A stretch of DNA of 64,000 nt from a virus, in IMG/VR virus record IMGVR_UViG_3300030012_001663, positions 31,397 through 95,396 of that record, one strand, 5' to 3'. The translations under genes and the position numbers were made by a program. Shown here piece after piece: positions 28,601 to 36,856 of this stretch (positions are counted from its first letter, which is position 1; every line of letters begins with the position of its first letter). The notes below the pieces were generated by a model, which worked only from the letters and a program-made list of their open reading frames with translations, was not told the origin of the DNA and searched no databases.

Positions 28601-29891
28601 TTAATCGTAATGTGCTATATGCAGCTTTTGATGCATTCTCATGAACTTCTTGAAATTCTTCAGGAGTCAAATCTCTACCTAATTCATTAGACTTAATAGC
28701 ATATGCATTACCAAGTTGGTTTCCATATACCATACCAGCTTCCATTTTACCTTCTGCTATAGCTAAATTTAATGCTCTTATATCCCTATAAAATCCTCCA
28801 AATAGTAATGATGCTTTACCTATATTACCAAGACCTTGAGCAGCTACTTTAGTACTATTGAGTTCTTTAAGAGCTCTCATTGTATCAGTGAATAAGAATT
28901 GACCAACTGTAGATTCACCGGTTCTTATAGCATTCCACCAACTTCTTGCATGATCAACCCTGTTAAGACCACTTAGCATTCTTTGAGTAGCTTTTGCTGT
29001 CTTATATATATTAAAAGTATTACCTATGGCTTTAGCTCCTCTATATAGATTTCTACCAGTACCCGCAACAAATGCACCTATACCAGTTGGAGCACCTACA
29101 CCAGTCATTGTTACAGCTGCTGATCCCATAGCAAGAGCTAGTTCTTCTGCTGCTATAGATCCTATAATACCAAATGTATAAGCACTATTTAAAAGAAAAT
29201 TATTAGCACTAGCACCAAAACCATCTCTAGAACTAGAGCCTATTCTCATACCTTGTTCCATAGCCATAGCACCTTCAATATCAGGGTCTCCTAGGTCACC
29301 AGAAAAATAATCACCTATTGCTCTATATCCACTAAAAAATGCTGAGCCAAACAAACCTCCAAACTGTCCCCACATTCTACTTCTGTCATCAGATAAAGAA
29401 CTATTTGCATTATAAATTTCTTCCATATCTATTCTATAGGGTGTAAATCCTATAGCTGCAAACTTTGGGTGTTCATAGTATCTGTCAAATCCTGTATCTG
29501 CTACACTAAACCTAAATGGCTTCTGAGTCTTAAAAGGACCTGGCTCACCAGGTAATTCTATATTATGTTTCTTTAGAAGTGCTGCCGGGTTACGGCTTTC
29601 AAACTTTAACTTATCTGTAATAGAAGGTTGTTTACCTAAGACATTAAGTCCTTCAGGCATAAAGAAAGCATTAGCCTTTGCTTCTTGAGCAAACTCTGCT
29701 TGTCTTGCTTCATCTAAAAAATCATTTACTGGAATATCACCCAAGGGTATTTTAAACACATCACTAATAGGTAAATGTGAAAGATTATCTACACTGTTCA
29801 AACCTAACTGTGTATTTATAGGATTAGGTGCTAGAACTGACTCTGTCTCCCTTGGTGATGGAACAGAGGTTATGTTTCTTTCTTCTGCCAT
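16611..29891 (-). CDS. Giant virion-packaged DNA-dependent RNA polymerase (crAss/phi14:2 gp66-like) fused to a zincin domain and an N-terminal hydrophobic region
   Basis: 4426 aa. RIPSQ...GADFDIDK catalytic motif (nt 19458-19472), TDAQVY and TDNAKE motifs. HEAFH...EEYMAD zincin (nt 23964-23978). Confidence 0.9.
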   Translation of the reverse strand: MAEERNITSVPSPRETESVLAPNPINTQLGLNSVDNLSHLPISDVFKIPLGDIPVNDFLDEARQAEFAQEAKANAFFMPEGLNVLGKQPSITDKLKFESRNPAALLKKHNIELPGEPGPFKTQKPFRFSVADTGFDRYYEHPKFAAIGFTPYRIDMEEIYNANSSLSDDRSRMWGQFGGLFGSAFFSGYRAIGDYFSGDLGDPDIEGAMAMEQGMRIGSSSRDGFGASANNFLLNSAYTFGIIGSIAAEELALAMGSAAVTMTGVGAPTGIGAFVAGTGRNLYRGAKAIGNTFNIYKTAKATQRMLSGLNRVDHARSWWNAIRTGESTVGQFLFTDTMRALKELNSTKVAAQGLGNIGKASLLFGGFYRDIRALNLAIAEGKMEAGMVYGNQLGNAYAIKSNELGRDLTPEEFQEVHENASKAAYSTLRLNAPFIWLTNKFVLQKALSGRGGSLGRIFNEQLTNYGRRILRTKPLRDAVGKASRDVFEDVGEGWLGLPSMKRIKSWTVGGTARAGAHGAIRYFAANFAEGFQEVYQEAVAVGTKDFYSQILEHPSAGHHQAMDHAFASAVDSQMSARGFETFMHGFLMGGLVQGPQRILFQGMPNMYNRFVNKAQFQEYQKQKTEYIEKLVEQYNKGYNEMLDSPDGQFNPDKLNFAVQHDTSKEMDVYNYEGDPLGFFDAKDFAQFQHSMTLFDNGRTHFYTDALRDLAQLSDEELIEAFPEGAKEETPGKRRERLNNLINRIEKQEKRYRNHKNKYQNKYNPEKFKKGTREHTLELIKWRAYEHARFLNLFTEDGFQRALERSTSIYNELATEPIFATEGAANDIQVLADAPTIQKEISLLEQEIQTLKDTKGNFRTDIANKKKKVKALQNYYDVITAPENQTKKGDRFSRSKKNIVKVRKAFLDYINVLAEEKGTFKNTEAVDRALRLLLDYGTLKERTRAYDKAIEILRDPDNLDKLAERIEPIMANIFKNSRKTFRKIIKASVNDVEKNTLLNQLNKLGVVLDPQTAMHFLTTGDASVLKYFEDEAGQVTEETNPDKYAKIQDAISVYKQQAQTEEDVQEENAEPDVEAAEIQDTQTFENIDAQESKLPPIKKDEIQGSLESSLTKLYDKYKVNTLNTGEQPISETEWLNLASTRKAFYALQELRNMWMETLPTEEAVDESKFGEWLTQNSSKVGVRTILAKGAVNIADVVEQDLSQEGLDTVQSPTRKWVQKGPGINILEVTTEVNGKKEKTYRITDNFGKSLPGYMFTKANLNSIGVYTSQTKAHADWKTLMKQGSDTSTYVFDGVELKEGDVVYNSVGQGFYILGSPTSLVDGNKISLLPFNAKRDDSILVQEVGFAKLYTKDKVNFREKIIENKANYSKVRPGELTGIYAHRNDGESKEDAEKRFRDLIDVIDINDLEITIGQNPAVSVPEKGWKIGDKLENPFIKKVNEKYTITLTYEGQPVAYMPNRQYLFVNQDNKRLSINDNPLSSLEYMFEGFADRNHILSEFNSSRSVVRIFDKLFADGKSSVSISELKDLGLNIKIQGESFDYNGPAVSVNEIENNTYDGNKFVLIRRTVNGKQVVTFESSLEKGSDAAQALYDKVVKDLKDNNLYKIALRTGYTAVMKRPDGTIKLAPLNLNPKEDIQEYFVKTIIQRALDTAKSNVDKKGKVKSNSYNTDWNKEIKADYYLAGKAGTQIAVQVTPYGSITLDMMGGKKVEIKANAIQKLIDGAIGETGATDVLASLITEYNKVNPNNTLSAESFKEPISETATVDEILDQTNTTIQFRQPKRKLHFSVDSTQADKDKIISTKVVKEETTKKEETLNIGKLDEIAAKSEQVSERQEQIEEFNKLQAQANALKKAIYEQAKEDGVPRKKALDENTEYQSLQKEVDNARKKLNNSSAYKILPAEFAEVETEKIDSFLSWAENNLPNFITIKDINEVGNRLKENGVTVGKFVLALDSLAGGLDINGTIYVGDHGFRYHEAFHAVFRMLLSPEEQKQYLALAEKELRAKLRSEGKNFETEIQKFKNSADLYGSMSRKRLEQEFFEEYMADQFELFKKNPKDTQTASFIKSLFNRFIAWIKSVFGKYSKNELQSLYESIDAGKFRSRGTTDNLYTDELINQGVTLDAYKLLPIKEIAGERTVDFEYLDPNISTFLVSSMAARFLQIKEKNPKMTLQAVEDQMYDEYYELYDPEQTRYNELSDELYDQLVEINTALMFEESPGSFPIIQAVRKQLEFYDLQYDKKADINEVIEENLGLRDVSEWDKDASLIGGASNIPTQIKQYIGTITVEDTDIFGNEFIVDQTIGVGGEVTKEGARLIVPVDVDRVYNGALKAVKNLNTPEDILLALYNYGQDNMHTKAFVDRLFNDAGMSQEDVQMLVDNKQMPVQVNNPAFLIQVIKSFQNSRFNYLFVQKDPANNKTYLYDAASRDAARSQINIWSAAYDVKLNEIKRNASSKSQATQTFDYAIGKLSRSRKSISEKALSKEAEIIREKLYNSTGILLSTGYIKYSMLVANEGKAILEPTKAQKTFIKQYQNVEPLSSKDFVTFRDIVSSATLKEDKSGNIFDKGVEGMESRLIRMAIANEQFDENVGASTYINADGNQVYLHQLPTFHSKMAVQMNDGDFIAELKEKYPNNYLLKSDAFNLLSETDQISILRIAGSRVASIEQSEAGQIIGDGGLVKQDSTTYGKQTAKEFLVNLINAYTYLYNTSNSKNKTVEVNGEKVALAPSLIRVLEASNTGDMMLLPVTKAVEGTGSDMTIAVPVLDEFVDILRQEYNRIVKEVVEPTQDRIEGYNSDENGRAYKLFTSRGYLSEEVATELEEIANKGELSFEDAVKKLTTLKGKLYNHVQTNLMNEFDEFLDTIAQLRVLGSDIPVAATGLVNKSGKLDADVDLAMEQLNLKRSDASFNLAQIYFNDKLNTTAINQLLLGDESRTLKDAVDQVKRGKGQNAAHKNITVPFVAPELGINHKLSSFGVLPFNDPMYQRKADDKLSEETDAQVYMTTKGSRYSNFGMGRLNKGFAQLHDQVQSGEEVTADQFFGSEDTRGYVSDQHVMNSMKLVYFDGSTYIKMSAVALTPELTSLKDENGEYTIPKPNKVELHNMRIKMEEYERANETVIFSAPTSALKMLKQNVLTHDQAFSASAIDKNNVTELSTDFMGLQVVNPSNKMQITSPTQMKTLITGEQKDNTKVTINGTEFTVKDIKEQYNKNNSQKILLSHIQKRNLLVDFDNLDGVKSDELLQPGVDLQLDLYNFLQYATESLKASQASSNIIEQFMTNEDGSMKYGLNTPNVIAKAEQLFMAYFSKSVMADKLPGTSLALMSGYGVKVYRRVLSLDENGNIDRQEIIREDVYHKQFGNEKPVLDISRDMDGLAGLIEASEGQGVIVLDKPRMGLKEYDSNGKYTGQRYSEFLMPAHHSEVVTGIKNTNASMPDAVAKAYGVRIPSQDNHSAINLKLIDFLPTYLGSTAVFPVDLLEISGADFDIDKLYTHFKEFYQKGNEFVEYGTNGYADYVEYVNSKIKARGKNIYKEALDKRNKGSETIKLDDDNTAIGRTSGLELDSIKALKMLGMPITLEQYNTYVETYGEPYAGALSNKDLDYKFALLGNDFVTTPRNIDGKNNVAISYEGTGLTRLTEIRKSLEVDAPEFAKRTADVKTDVNSLLGKTLSFKNNKEGADSIGVVVKPNLYYSLFAEFGIKLDPQYHFSINNSTFKTFGVDYVLENNRQNKKGDRIQYILSELITAMTDNAKERLASKLGLNKTALGYVTTMVSLGVPLETSIYFVNNPEVVALIEEGVSDFNINARIRELKAKPAKVTDGVLLKALNDKDVTKSQTVGILRVLQKVNTITNHSINATALINLMQGHGKNLADIVGKESAASQLGLGLTNKEFKQHRIKGGKTVPFDVRKIFEGDSFHATNYKIHKEFKDVLLPNILMTHSTDFKVMLATLGFNTKQLRENDIRKISTDLLSFLTITAYRNQLLNTEAKIGSGSLSNTMIYPNSITDENINVVVDRLKKLYKDEDNYFLDFFVYNRSFKDANNNTGLNTAVSNTFARLSDNQKIKLQNGFAKIYGEVNTKEDAIHILHYVMVKDGLQFAEGSLLEALTPFVMDRFIQNSEVVAKEFLSQKNDPNRVIDVFGKSIQELTKEFVEGYLKSSSSQSFVKTLYTPPSGSNVISINDKGLTIDFAAEGARASDLQAFEITPNGYIAPMYLRINKVLYELEDTGDRQDINIVNKKTNYLIVNSTGSTSQNGIGFMFDTVEFTRPTGKTIFETVVEKNKENDLEDFERAAGINDPNYFSGAEDISFDGVNVQVNNTNISKFVSKLTKAQATALERAEQQIEGVEEFETGTAVEDDVETPSKLKAMLKPKRSEMDVEKMTNYWNENIGPFNDRLAILADKEDINSFDDFLKKRKNLKFGISDDAFLENIKCTLKI

Positions 29892-29897
29892 CTTATG

Positions 29898-32800
29898 TTA
29901 TTTTTGTTGGTTGTTAAGAAAATTTTGTTTTTTCTGAGTATTGATTACCATTCTATCTCTTAATTCTCTTCTATATGCTTGAATAATATAATCTATCTCA
30001 GCTGATGTTGCTGGTACTTTACCTGCTTCATCTATTGTTACAATCATAGGTGATATCTTATCATTTACCACAAAATCTTGTTTGTCATCACTCCAGCTTA
30101 CATAATTACCAGTCATCATAAAATTAGCGCCATCTTTATAGAAAGATAAAGAACCTCCAGCATCAACATCAAAGGTAACATTATTATCATCACTATATGT
30201 CATATCTATTTCATAATCTGAATAACCTCTACCAAAAGCATTTTCTACAGAGTATTGACTTTTATCAGACTCTTGAGGGAATATAATACTTAACTCACCT
30301 AATAGTCCTCTTAGTTCAGCTTCTGTTACACCTTGAGTTTCTGCATCATATTTACTTACAAATTGTTTTATGTAATCATCATCAAATTTAAGTACATATG
30401 CAGCATGAGTTTTATCCCCTTGATTTGGAGGGCCAGCTACCGGCATATATTCTATTTGAACTCTTGGGTTCTTGCCTTCTCCAGATTTATCTATTATAAA
30501 AGCTTGTATATCTTGAACAGCTTGCTCAAAAAACTTTTCTGCTACAGGTTCGTCTTTACCTAATTGGGCATTTGCTTCATCAGCATCAACTTGGCTTTCT
30601 GTTATATTCCCAAACTGAATAACTGCAGTACCTGAGTTAAATTGTTCTATAGCACCATTCAATAAAAATGCACCCTGTTGTGTTGGTGCTTTAGGGTTAA
30701 ATGTTGCATCATACCCTCTAAATTGTCTTGCAGAATCACCCGTCATTAAACTAGGAGAAACATTTTCTAAACCTTCAGCATAAGACCATCTTTGAAAAGG
30801 TGATTTAAAATCTGAATCTTTTTCTGTAGCATGAGTATTAATAGCGCCATTAAGCGTACCATTAATTAACATTTTTTGTTGATCATACTGTACTTTAGCA
30901 TCTTCTCTAGCTTTACCTATTTTAAAAAAATCTTTCTTAAGAATTAAACCATATCTATTATTTCGTCTAACCTCTTGAGCATAAGCATTATTACGGTCCT
31001 CACCATATAACTCATCCATTTCTTTTCTAGACATGGTTCTATTGTAAACATAGTTTTTGAAATCCTTGCTAAGCTCACCTGATTGAGCTCTTCTTACATA
31101 CTCATTTATAAAATCTTCTTCAGATAGTTTAACTACATTACCATTTGCATCTTTAGAAAAAATTCTAGGAACATTATATTTCTTTACATTATTTAAAATG
31201 TCTTTGCCATATTCTGTTTGGGCTGCAAACTCAAAATTGTTATAAGCTATCTCGTTCCCTTTATTAGTAAGCATAATAGATTTATTATCCTCTCTTCTTA
31301 TATCATCAGCTCTATCTCTGAAACCATCTTTTATTTGGTTTATTTTATCATTTTCTTCTTTGCTCCTTGATGTATTTGGATTTGAATTTTTCTCTAATAT
31401 AGTTGATGAGTATGTTTCAAATAATTCATTTGCTATTGCAGAATTTGCTGGATTGCTTAAAAATATTTGTGCCTCATTAATACTCATTGCACCTTGACCT
31501 GGTATTTCTATCACTGATGGTTTACCACCTTCTATATTAGATTGTATTTGTTGATGAGCATCTTTTATAAATTCAGCCTTAGATCTTTGATTTAAATTTA
31601 AATGTTTTTGTTTTGTTAACTCATCTTCTCCTATATTATCTCTAGTTAGACTTACAATATTATTATTTCTGTCTACCTCCATATCAACATTTGCAGCAGA
31701 CTTTCTACTAACACCTGGGATCATTGGGCCAATAAAAGGATTCTCCAATGATTTCTTATACTCTTCTAGTTGTGCTTTAAGTTCATATTCTTTATACATT
31801 TTATTCATATCCATTTTGTGCTTCTCTAAAGCTACACCGTATGGATTGGCTTTGATAGACTCCTTATAATCTATCATACTATATGACTTAGCTGCAGCCA
31901 TCATATCATCATTGATATTATACTGCATATTCATCATGAATGCTTTATTCATTAAGTCTTTATCTCTTGTACCTTGAGCTGATACAGCATTGTTTACAAT
32001 ATCTTCTCCTTGCTCTATCTCTTGTCTTATAGCTAAATATCTGCTTATAAAATCTTCACCTCTTTTACCATCAGGAGTATCAGCACCAATGTTGTATTTT
32101 TCATTATATTCTTTCCAAAGATCAGCTGATACTTTCATTACCTGAGCCTTTTTCTTTTTATCTTTTAGTAATGCTGCTGTGTTAGTGCTTATTTCTTCTA
32201 TAGTGGTATTAGCCCACATCTCCTCACCTTGAGCAACTGAAGCAACCTCTCCTGCTTCAAGTCTTGCATTAGCAAAGTTTCTTGCTTGTACTCTTGCGCT
32301 TGTTTTATATGCTTCTATAACTCTAGGATCATCCATAAGAGCTCTATTTAAATAAGCATATGCTTGATCTGTTACAAGTGCACCATTCTTTTGGGTTATA
32401 ATCCATCTACCTTTTTCGTCAAGTCTATCTATCTCAACGTTAAAGCCTTGTTCTTTTAATAAGGCAAGGGATGTTTCATATAAATTAGCATTAGGTACAT
32501 AGTTACCTATACCCATATTTAATGCTTCATCTGGACTTGCATTAATATAATCTTGCATTTGGATATTTAAATCCTGCACTCCAGTTTCCCAATAAAGATC
32601 TCTTTTAGCTTTGTCATTGCTATTCTTTAAAAACTCTGCATTCTTGATACCGTATTTAAAGTTAGCTGTGTTTGTAAGGTCTCTTATTATGGCATCATCT
32701 TCATAGAAAGGTTTAAATATACCCTTAGCCATATCTACATTTTGACGTAGAGATAAATCAAATCCAGATACTTGCTCCATCTTTGGTGCAATCTGTTGTG

Positions 32801-33002
32801 CAAACTGATCTCTCTTTTCCTTATTATCATCTCTACTTAGATCAGCATATACAACTTTGCTATAAGCATCATTAAGTGCCTGATAATTTGTATCATATCT
32901 GTTCTGTCTTGTTTCTAAGACTGTAGATAAAAACTTATAATCAGGTACAAAAGGCTTAGCCTCTCTGTCGTACATTTGATATCCTTGAACGTATGTTGCC
33001 AT
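29898..33002 (-). CDS. Internal virion/ejection (cargo) protein
   Basis: 1034 aa, helical, no Cys seen. Lies between the cargo genes and the RNAP as in crAss-like genomes. Confidence 0.6.
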   Translation of the reverse strand: MATYVQGYQMYDREAKPFVPDYKFLSTVLETRQNRYDTNYQALNDAYSKVVYADLSRDDNKEKRDQFAQQIAPKMEQVSGFDLSLRQNVDMAKGIFKPFYEDDAIIRDLTNTANFKYGIKNAEFLKNSNDKAKRDLYWETGVQDLNIQMQDYINASPDEALNMGIGNYVPNANLYETSLALLKEQGFNVEIDRLDEKGRWIITQKNGALVTDQAYAYLNRALMDDPRVIEAYKTSARVQARNFANARLEAGEVASVAQGEEMWANTTIEEISTNTAALLKDKKKKAQVMKVSADLWKEYNEKYNIGADTPDGKRGEDFISRYLAIRQEIEQGEDIVNNAVSAQGTRDKDLMNKAFMMNMQYNINDDMMAAAKSYSMIDYKESIKANPYGVALEKHKMDMNKMYKEYELKAQLEEYKKSLENPFIGPMIPGVSRKSAANVDMEVDRNNNIVSLTRDNIGEDELTKQKHLNLNQRSKAEFIKDAHQQIQSNIEGGKPSVIEIPGQGAMSINEAQIFLSNPANSAIANELFETYSSTILEKNSNPNTSRSKEENDKINQIKDGFRDRADDIRREDNKSIMLTNKGNEIAYNNFEFAAQTEYGKDILNNVKKYNVPRIFSKDANGNVVKLSEEDFINEYVRRAQSGELSKDFKNYVYNRTMSRKEMDELYGEDRNNAYAQEVRRNNRYGLILKKDFFKIGKAREDAKVQYDQQKMLINGTLNGAINTHATEKDSDFKSPFQRWSYAEGLENVSPSLMTGDSARQFRGYDATFNPKAPTQQGAFLLNGAIEQFNSGTAVIQFGNITESQVDADEANAQLGKDEPVAEKFFEQAVQDIQAFIIDKSGEGKNPRVQIEYMPVAGPPNQGDKTHAAYVLKFDDDYIKQFVSKYDAETQGVTEAELRGLLGELSIIFPQESDKSQYSVENAFGRGYSDYEIDMTYSDDNNVTFDVDAGGSLSFYKDGANFMMTGNYVSWSDDKQDFVVNDKISPMIVTIDEAGKVPATSAEIDYIIQAYRRELRDRMVINTQKKQNFLNNQQK

Positions 33003-33060
33003 AATCTAAATTAATAAAATTTTTTAAGTGTATAAAATATTAATAATACACTTTTAATGT

Positions 33061-35559
33061 TTATGTTCCCATCTTGCCTGTATAAAACGGCACAGCATAA
33101 CGTTTTACTTCTTTACCTTTCTTACCAGCAGGCTGATTTTGGTAACCTAAGTTGTTTATTCCTACACCTTGTACAGAAGCCTGAAGGTTATTCATAGAAG
33201 GAGATACCTGTGGGTTATAAATACTAGCTAGTATCTTCCCATCAGGGTCTTTAACACCAGCATTTTCCATCATAGTTTTGATCTTTGCAAGCTCTGTAAT
33301 TTTCTTGTAAGGATCTTCAGGTTGTACTGGGTCAAATGCTTTTGTATCTGTTATCTCAATATTACCACCTGTCCCTGGCATAATATCAAAGTAGGGGAAC
33401 AATGTATTCAAATTATATGTGTTCATCTTATTAGTTACAGCATCAGCAAACATATCAGCCATTTGCTCTCTATCAAGATTCTGCTCATCCATATATCTTT
33501 GACTTGCAAGAACAGTATTGTCATATAATCTTTTTGATCTATCTCTCTCAGCTGCATTAGTATTCATATCTACCTGTGCTTGGAAAGCATCAGCTTTATT
33601 TAGAATACCTACGTTTGCTGCATCATATCTTGCAGTAGTATCAGCCACTGCTTTTAACGCAGTACCAGCATTCTTAGAGCTTCTTGCACTGAATGACTGC
33701 GGTCCAGCAAACTGTGCCAAAGCAGAATCAGATATATTTTTTTGTTCATTGATAGCTGCAATAGCTCTTGTAGGATCCATTAGTTGTGGATCTAGCTCCA
33801 CTCTTTCAACAGGTTGTTCAAATGGTAAAAATAAATCTCTATCTCTTGCTGCCAATGCAGACATCTTAACTTTATCTTGTAAATAAAACTCAGGCTCTCT
33901 TGGTGTATAACCTTCAAGTTTCTTTTCTGGTTCTACCTCTACTTCTGGTTCTGGTTCTGGATCTTCAGTTACTTCAGGTTCAGGTATACCTGTAAAGTCT
34001 CTTCTATTCAAAGTATATTCACCAAATAAACCATCAACAGCATTAGTGCCTTTTGACTTACTAGCATCAAAACCATATTGATTAACAAATTGATCTTTTG
34101 TAATACCTTCTTTTTCAAAGTATTCTCTTACTTTAGGGTCATTATCCCATGTAGTAGCTAATGCTTTGTTTTTATTTTCTTGGAATGACTTAACAAACTT
34201 TTTATTCTTTTGCCAGTCTTCACCTTCTTTCTTTACAAGATCATCATATGATTCATAACCCATAGCTTGTAAAACCATTTTGTTATTATCATACCACTGT
34301 GATATATTATCTTGTGTTACATCTCCATAGAAGCCTGACTCTGTATTTCTTCTTTGCATGTTTGCAATACCAGCGTCACCAACATCCATAATATCCTGAA
34401 CGTCAATACCTTGATTTCTTAATATACCATCCATTTTGGTAGCTATATCACTTAAAACTGGTATTCTATCATCAGGTAACTTATCTTTTTCTTTAGATAT
34501 TTTTTCAGCTACTTCAGTATTATTAGATGTTACTACTTCAACAACATCATCTGTACCTTGATTAGATCCAAAATTTCCAAAGTTTTCTCTAAATGCTTCA
34601 TCTGTAATACTTAAGTCACCAGCATTAGCTCTTGATCTTGCAGTAAATACATCATAGTTTTCTATTGTAGGTACTAAAGCTTTACCGTACATTTTGATTT
34701 CATCAGCAGATAATGTTTGTAAAAATCCATCTTCTAGATTACCGTCAAAATCTCTGTGCATATCATTTCTAATCATATAGTCAATATATTCAGCTCTATC
34801 AACCTTTCGTCCTAAAATAAAATATGATTTAGTTTCTCTTCCTTCTTGTGCTTTCTCACCGCCTTTTTTTGCTTGTTGCATTGATTGATTTCTTTGATCC
34901 ATACTAGCTGCAAACTCAAATGGATTCTGACCTATAGATTGTAAGTAAGGATATGCTGCTAAAGGCACACCATCTTCAAATAATTTTTTAGACTCTTGAC
35001 CAAATGCAAGTTTAGAAAGCTTCATCATATTTTTTTCTAACATAAGCTCAGCGCTTTTCTCAGTAATATGATCAGCATCATCCTCAGCTCTTGCTCCTAA
35101 GAATTCATTTAGTTGATATCTCTTAGAAACATCTGCGGGTGTCATTTTCTTTCTTGACTCAATACCAAATTGTGCTAGTTCTTTACTAGATAATTTCATT
35201 TTATTAGTATCTGAGAATATAAAAGATTGTTCTGGTAAGAACATAGGTACACCGCCTTGTGAGTGTCTAGGACCTTTTATATCATAAAGACCAAAGGTAC
35301 CATTATTATTTAAATCAGTGAGAACTGTCTCACCACCTTCTGCTTCTAGATTAGCCATTTCTCTTGGTACAGAAGATAAACTAAATCTAACATCTACATC
35401 ATTAGCATCATTTACAGAGTCATGAGTATAACCTGTAGCAAGACCATAACCAGCTTGATCACCAGTAACATAACCACCGTGTGACATTTTTTCTATAACC
35501 TTACCGTCTTTTACTTCAAAGCCTTCAGGTAATTTTTTTATTCTAATCTTTTTACTCAT
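33061..35559 (-). CDS. Internal virion cargo protein
   Basis: 832 aa. ANLEAEGGET...GPRHSQGGVP...FIFSD block recalled from crAss-like cargo proteins; xxxGG motifs; no Cys seen. Confidence 0.6.
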   Translation of the reverse strand: MSKKIRIKKLPEGFEVKDGKVIEKMSHGGYVTGDQAGYGLATGYTHDSVNDANDVDVRFSLSSVPREMANLEAEGGETVLTDLNNNGTFGLYDIKGPRHSQGGVPMFLPEQSFIFSDTNKMKLSSKELAQFGIESRKKMTPADVSKRYQLNEFLGARAEDDADHITEKSAELMLEKNMMKLSKLAFGQESKKLFEDGVPLAAYPYLQSIGQNPFEFAASMDQRNQSMQQAKKGGEKAQEGRETKSYFILGRKVDRAEYIDYMIRNDMHRDFDGNLEDGFLQTLSADEIKMYGKALVPTIENYDVFTARSRANAGDLSITDEAFRENFGNFGSNQGTDDVVEVVTSNNTEVAEKISKEKDKLPDDRIPVLSDIATKMDGILRNQGIDVQDIMDVGDAGIANMQRRNTESGFYGDVTQDNISQWYDNNKMVLQAMGYESYDDLVKKEGEDWQKNKKFVKSFQENKNKALATTWDNDPKVREYFEKEGITKDQFVNQYGFDASKSKGTNAVDGLFGEYTLNRRDFTGIPEPEVTEDPEPEPEVEVEPEKKLEGYTPREPEFYLQDKVKMSALAARDRDLFLPFEQPVERVELDPQLMDPTRAIAAINEQKNISDSALAQFAGPQSFSARSSKNAGTALKAVADTTARYDAANVGILNKADAFQAQVDMNTNAAERDRSKRLYDNTVLASQRYMDEQNLDREQMADMFADAVTNKMNTYNLNTLFPYFDIMPGTGGNIEITDTKAFDPVQPEDPYKKITELAKIKTMMENAGVKDPDGKILASIYNPQVSPSMNNLQASVQGVGINNLGYQNQPAGKKGKEVKRYAVPFYTGKMGT

Positions 35560-35561
35560 AT

Positions 35562-36812
35562 CTATAAAATTTCTATATCAGCACCTGATGCTAATAGTCT
35601 TGTTAAAGTTTTATCATCAACCTCTACCTCACCACCGTCTTTTCCATAAGCTGTTGTAACGCTCATATCTGGTTGCATAAGTCCTGTGTTTGCATCATAC
35701 AAACCTCTTTTACCTTCAGGATCTTCATATACACCAAAAGCATTATCAGCCATAGTAAGTTCTCTCAATTCTTTTTTTGCCTCTATAGCTTTCTTGTCAA
35801 GGAAGTAATCATTTATAATACCAGCTCCTTGAACAGCTAATTGGCTAAGTTCACCATATCCTTCCATAAATCTACTATCCATTAGTCTATTTATACCACC
35901 CTGAATATTGTTTGTTCTTTTAACTTCAGGGGCATCATATGGTGTTACAACAACTTCATCTAACTCTATTGTACCTTCAGGTACTTCAAACTCATCATTA
36001 CTTGCAGATCTTTGTTGTCGTGGAGGTATAATACTTTGAGTATCTCTCATATAATCTGTTTGAGCTTGTCCTTGTATATATTCTCCAAAATCATCTGTAA
36101 ATGGATTAAAGCCTTGTGGACCACCTAATTGTGCTTTAGGTGTAATCTTAGATAATAAACTCATCTTATCTTCAGGACACTTATAACCCTTTACGTAAGG
36201 TAATAAGCCATTGTAATTTTCACCACCTTTTTTAAATGGTAACTTAACACCACTAAATGCTTTAGTAACTGTATCTACAATTTCTTCTTGATTCATACCC
36301 TCTCTGTATAACTTCATCTCTTCATCTGACAGTATGTTAGAATCAGATTCTCTAGATGCTAAAAAAATTCTATTTCTACCATCTTTATCTACATTGTATT
36401 TAGTAAACTTATCTATATCTTCTAAATACTGATCATCAGTTCTAATAGGTGTCATATTATTAGCACTCTTTGATGCATTAAATAACTCTACAGCATCTGA
36501 CTGTGCAAAGTTGTAATCATTTGGATCATTCTCATCTATGTTTACATCATAGTTATAGTACTGACCAGCTTTTCTTTTTTGGATGGCTCTTTTTCTCTTA
36601 CCATCTCTAAAGAAACCATCCTTCAACCCATCACCATCTTTGTCCTTGCCACTAAATAAACCAGCAACATTACTAGCAAAGTTAGCTACATCACCAATAT
36701 TAAAATTACCTACCTCTAAACCTATGTTCAAAGGTATATATCTTGGCCTTGCTCTATAGCCGCCATCCTGATAATCTTTTAAACTTTTTTTATGTAACTT
36801 ACTCCTACTCAT
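35562..36812 (-). CDS. Putative internal virion protein
   Basis: 416 aa. YQDGG, FKKGGE, AQLGG, GKDGGE motifs; DKDGDG Ca-loop-like motif. Confidence 0.55.
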   Translation of the reverse strand: MSRSKLHKKSLKDYQDGGYRARPRYIPLNIGLEVGNFNIGDVANFASNVAGLFSGKDKDGDGLKDGFFRDGKRKRAIQKRKAGQYYNYDVNIDENDPNDYNFAQSDAVELFNASKSANNMTPIRTDDQYLEDIDKFTKYNVDKDGRNRIFLASRESDSNILSDEEMKLYREGMNQEEIVDTVTKAFSGVKLPFKKGGENYNGLLPYVKGYKCPEDKMSLLSKITPKAQLGGPQGFNPFTDDFGEYIQGQAQTDYMRDTQSIIPPRQQRSASNDEFEVPEGTIELDEVVVTPYDAPEVKRTNNIQGGINRLMDSRFMEGYGELSQLAVQGAGIINDYFLDKKAIEAKKELRELTMADNAFGVYEDPEGKRGLYDANTGLMQPDMSVTTAYGKDGGEVEVDDKTLTRLLASGADIEIL

Positions 36813-36821
36813 AATATATTA

Positions 36822-36833
36822 ATAATATACAAA
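36822..36833 (-). promoter_or_regulatory. Phage promoter-like motif TTTGTATATTAT
   Basis: Exact 12-mer 9 nt upstream of the ATG at 36812, preceded by an imperfect hairpin. Confidence 0.55.
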
Positions 36834-36856
36834 TAATTAGTCAAAATATCTAATGT

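Noticed and set aside
33026-33053. Inverted repeat AAGTGTAT...ATACACTT as terminator of the cargo operon
   Set aside because: On the coding (minus) strand it is followed by an A-tract rather than a U-tract, and the stem is weak. Function left open.
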